Part shown: piece after piece, positions 62,326-64,000 of the stretch
How the letters are laid out: the number at the start of each line of letters is the position of its first letter
Numbering within the stretch: the first letter of the stretch is position 1
Assembly: GCA_963806535.1 (NCBI GenBank)
Contig: CAWDYC010000004.1
Location: forward strand, 224,001 to 288,000
Origin: Candidatus Bathyarchaeota archaeon
Lineage (GTDB): Archaea; Thermoproteota; Bathyarchaeia; Bathyarchaeales; Bathycorpusculaceae
Reading direction: 5' to 3'
DNA: 64,000 nt
Notes under the pieces: model-generated
What the model saw: the letters and a program-made list of their open reading frames with translations, nothing else
The model's database searches: none
Told to the model about the DNA's origin: nothing
Position numbers and translations under genes: made by a program

Positions 62326-63126
62326 TTGCTTGCCCAAATAATCATAACAATAATTCTCGGTTTAATCCAGGGATTAGCTGAATGGCTACCTATTTCCAGC
62401 ACCGCTCACCTGCGAATAGCTGAGCATTTTCTGGGGTTCTCCGCGACACCGCTTTTCAATGTGTTTTTGCACATAGGCACACTTGGGGTTGTTATTTTCT
62501 ATTTCAGGCATGACATCAAAGTCATACTTACCGCGTTGGTGCACAGGGACTTCCACAGCGAGTACGGGAGATTCATTCCTCTAATCGTAGTTGCAACAAT
62601 CCCGACTGGCATAATAGGGGTACTCTACGACTTTTACATCGGCGACACCTATCAAACAATCCTAATAATCGGCATAACTTTCCTGATTGGCGCCGCGCTT
62701 TTGTTCTCATCAAAGTTTGGCAAAGAAAACCAAACCCAAATCTCGTACCGCCAAGCACTCGTCATGGGTGCAGCTCAAGGGGCCGCCAGTTTTCCAGGAC
62801 TTTCAAGAAGCGGCTCAACAATATCAAGCGGGCTTTTGCAAGGTGTAAAGCGGGAAATGGTTTTCAAATTCTCCTTTTTGCTTTCTATTCCAGCCATAAT
62901 TGGCGATTTAGGTGTCGAGGCTTATCATCAACGAGGTACTTTTTCACAGGGTGTTGGCGTTAGTCCTCTGAATCTTTTAGTGGGCTTGATTTTTGCCGTG
63001 ATTGCCGGATATTTTGCCATAGTGCTTGTGAAAAAACTGGTACTAACCAAGAGGTTCCATTACTTTGCCGCATACACGTTTGCCCTTGGAATGGCCCTAA
63101 TAATTTTAACCATATTAGGATTTTAG
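62326..63126 (+). CDS. uppP: Undecaprenyl-diphosphate phosphatase (BacA family)
   Basis: QGLAEWLPISSTAH, LHIGT, PGLSRSGST and FSFLLSIPA. Confidence 0.93.
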   Translation: MLAQIIITIILGLIQGLAEWLPISSTAHLRIAEHFLGFSATPLFNVFLHIGTLGVVIFYFRHDIKVILTALVHRDFHSEYGRFIPLIVVATIPTGIIGVLYDFYIGDTYQTILIIGITFLIGAALLFSSKFGKENQTQISYRQALVMGAAQGAASFPGLSRSGSTISSGLLQGVKREMVFKFSFLLSIPAIIGDLGVEAYHQRGTFSQGVGVSPLNLLVGLIFAVIAGYFAIVLVKKLVLTKRFHYFAAYTFALGMALIILTILGF

Positions 63127-63519
63127 CGTTTCATGCGTTAATCCTTTAAGCAAATTTTTCAACAAAACTTAGAACCTAGTTTTAGCAAGCAGAAGAAGAA
63201 GAAGAAGTGTGCCCCTGCAGGTTTTCTTCTTCTTTTAAAAGCAGAGAAGAAGTAGGATGTGCTATTTCCAGCCGTCCTTCTTATTCTATCAGAGAAAAAC
63301 AACACCCAGTGCTAACACCAACCGTTGTTGTTCTACTAAATTAGCTTCTTTAAAAATACATGCAGCCGTTTGAGCTCCAAAAGAAATGGTTTCTTTCCGA
63401 ACAATTGTGTCGCAACTTTGCTTTTCTTATTCTTTCGAAACCGTATTTCATAACAATATTAAATAAGCAAATGAAGCTTTTGTTTAATTGAGCTTTGTTG
63501 AAACAAAGCAGGAAATTTT

Positions 63520-64000
63520 ATGAAAGAATCTTTAACAACAAACCAAGGTGCCCATGTTCCAGACGACCAAAATTCTCTTACCGTAAGCAACAATGGGCCT
63601 CTTCTGCTTCAAGATGTCCATCTGATTGAAAAACTAGCACACTTTAACCGTGAACGAATACCTGAACGAATTGTACATGCCAAAGGTGCTGGCGCCGGCG
63701 GATATTTTGAAGTAACAAAAGAACTATCAAAATATACAAAAGCCAAATTTTTATCTGAAATCGGAAAACGCACAGAAGTTTTCGTCAGATTTTCCACAGT
63801 AGGCGGCGAAAAAGGATCAGCGGACGCAGAACGTGATCCAAGAGGATTCGCAGTAAAATTCTACACTGAAGACGGCAACTATGATCTTGTCGGAAACAAT
63901 ACGCCAGTATTCTTTATTCGTGACCCACTAAAGTTTCCAGATTTTATTCACACACAGAAACGCAATCCTGGAACAAATCTCAAAGACCCAAACATGTTTT
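63520..64000 (+). CDS. Monofunctional heme catalase (5' part, runs off window)
   Basis: [65 protein letters not shown]. Confidence 0.95.
   Translation, partial: MKESLTTNQGAHVPDDQNSLTVSNNGPLLLQDVHLIEKLAHFNRERIPERIVHAKGAGAGGYFEVTKELSKYTKAKFLSEIGKRTEVFVRFSTVGGEKGSADAERDPRGFAVKFYTEDGNYDLVGNNTPVFFIRDPLKFPDFIHTQKRNPGTNLKDPNMF

Noticed and set aside
63190-63252. GAA/TTC inverted microsatellite after uppP
   Set aside because: Most simply a terminator-like hairpin or low-complexity tract
1-64000. Numerous frameshifts (valS, pstC, nadX, pantoate kinase, P1B ATPase and others) as programmed frameshifting or mass pseudogenisation
   Set aside because: They hit essential genes such as valS, are single-base indels without shared slippery motifs, and the flanking protein sequence is undecayed; long-read assembly error is the simpler explanation

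Overview
Archaeal chromosomal window, most consistent with Bathyarchaeia (inference from the Sm/rpl37e pair, a CdvA-like protein, AOR, archaeal pantoate kinase/PPAT and the style of the tyrosine integrase). Many conserved genes are broken by single-base frameshifts, most likely errors of an unpolished long-read assembly. Housekeeping content: pst/phoU phosphate cluster, HtrA-NfeD-SPFH, CoA genes, a NikR-controlled metal ABC transporter, tRNA-Lys, valS, nadX, a VapBC-type pair, a TetR/ABC-2 module, a TPP-riboswitch thiamine operon, a P1B ATPase, AOR, uppP and catalase. Two systems stand out. (1) A 5.1-kb rolling-circle-type element (12030-17172) is integrated into the 3' end of nfeD between perfect 17-bp direct repeats. 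Its tyrosine integrase gene is split by the att site, and the start codon rejoins the catalytic part in frame only in the excised circle. (2) A four-gene tubulin/FtsZ-superfamily locus (23739-31724) encodes a GTPase-motif-intact tubulin-like protein with a ~440-aa helical/coiled-coil insertion, a convergent tubulin-like protein with degenerate GTP loops, and two membrane proteins with cytoplasmic coiled coils. All family assignments come from motif recognition by eye; no database searches were run.
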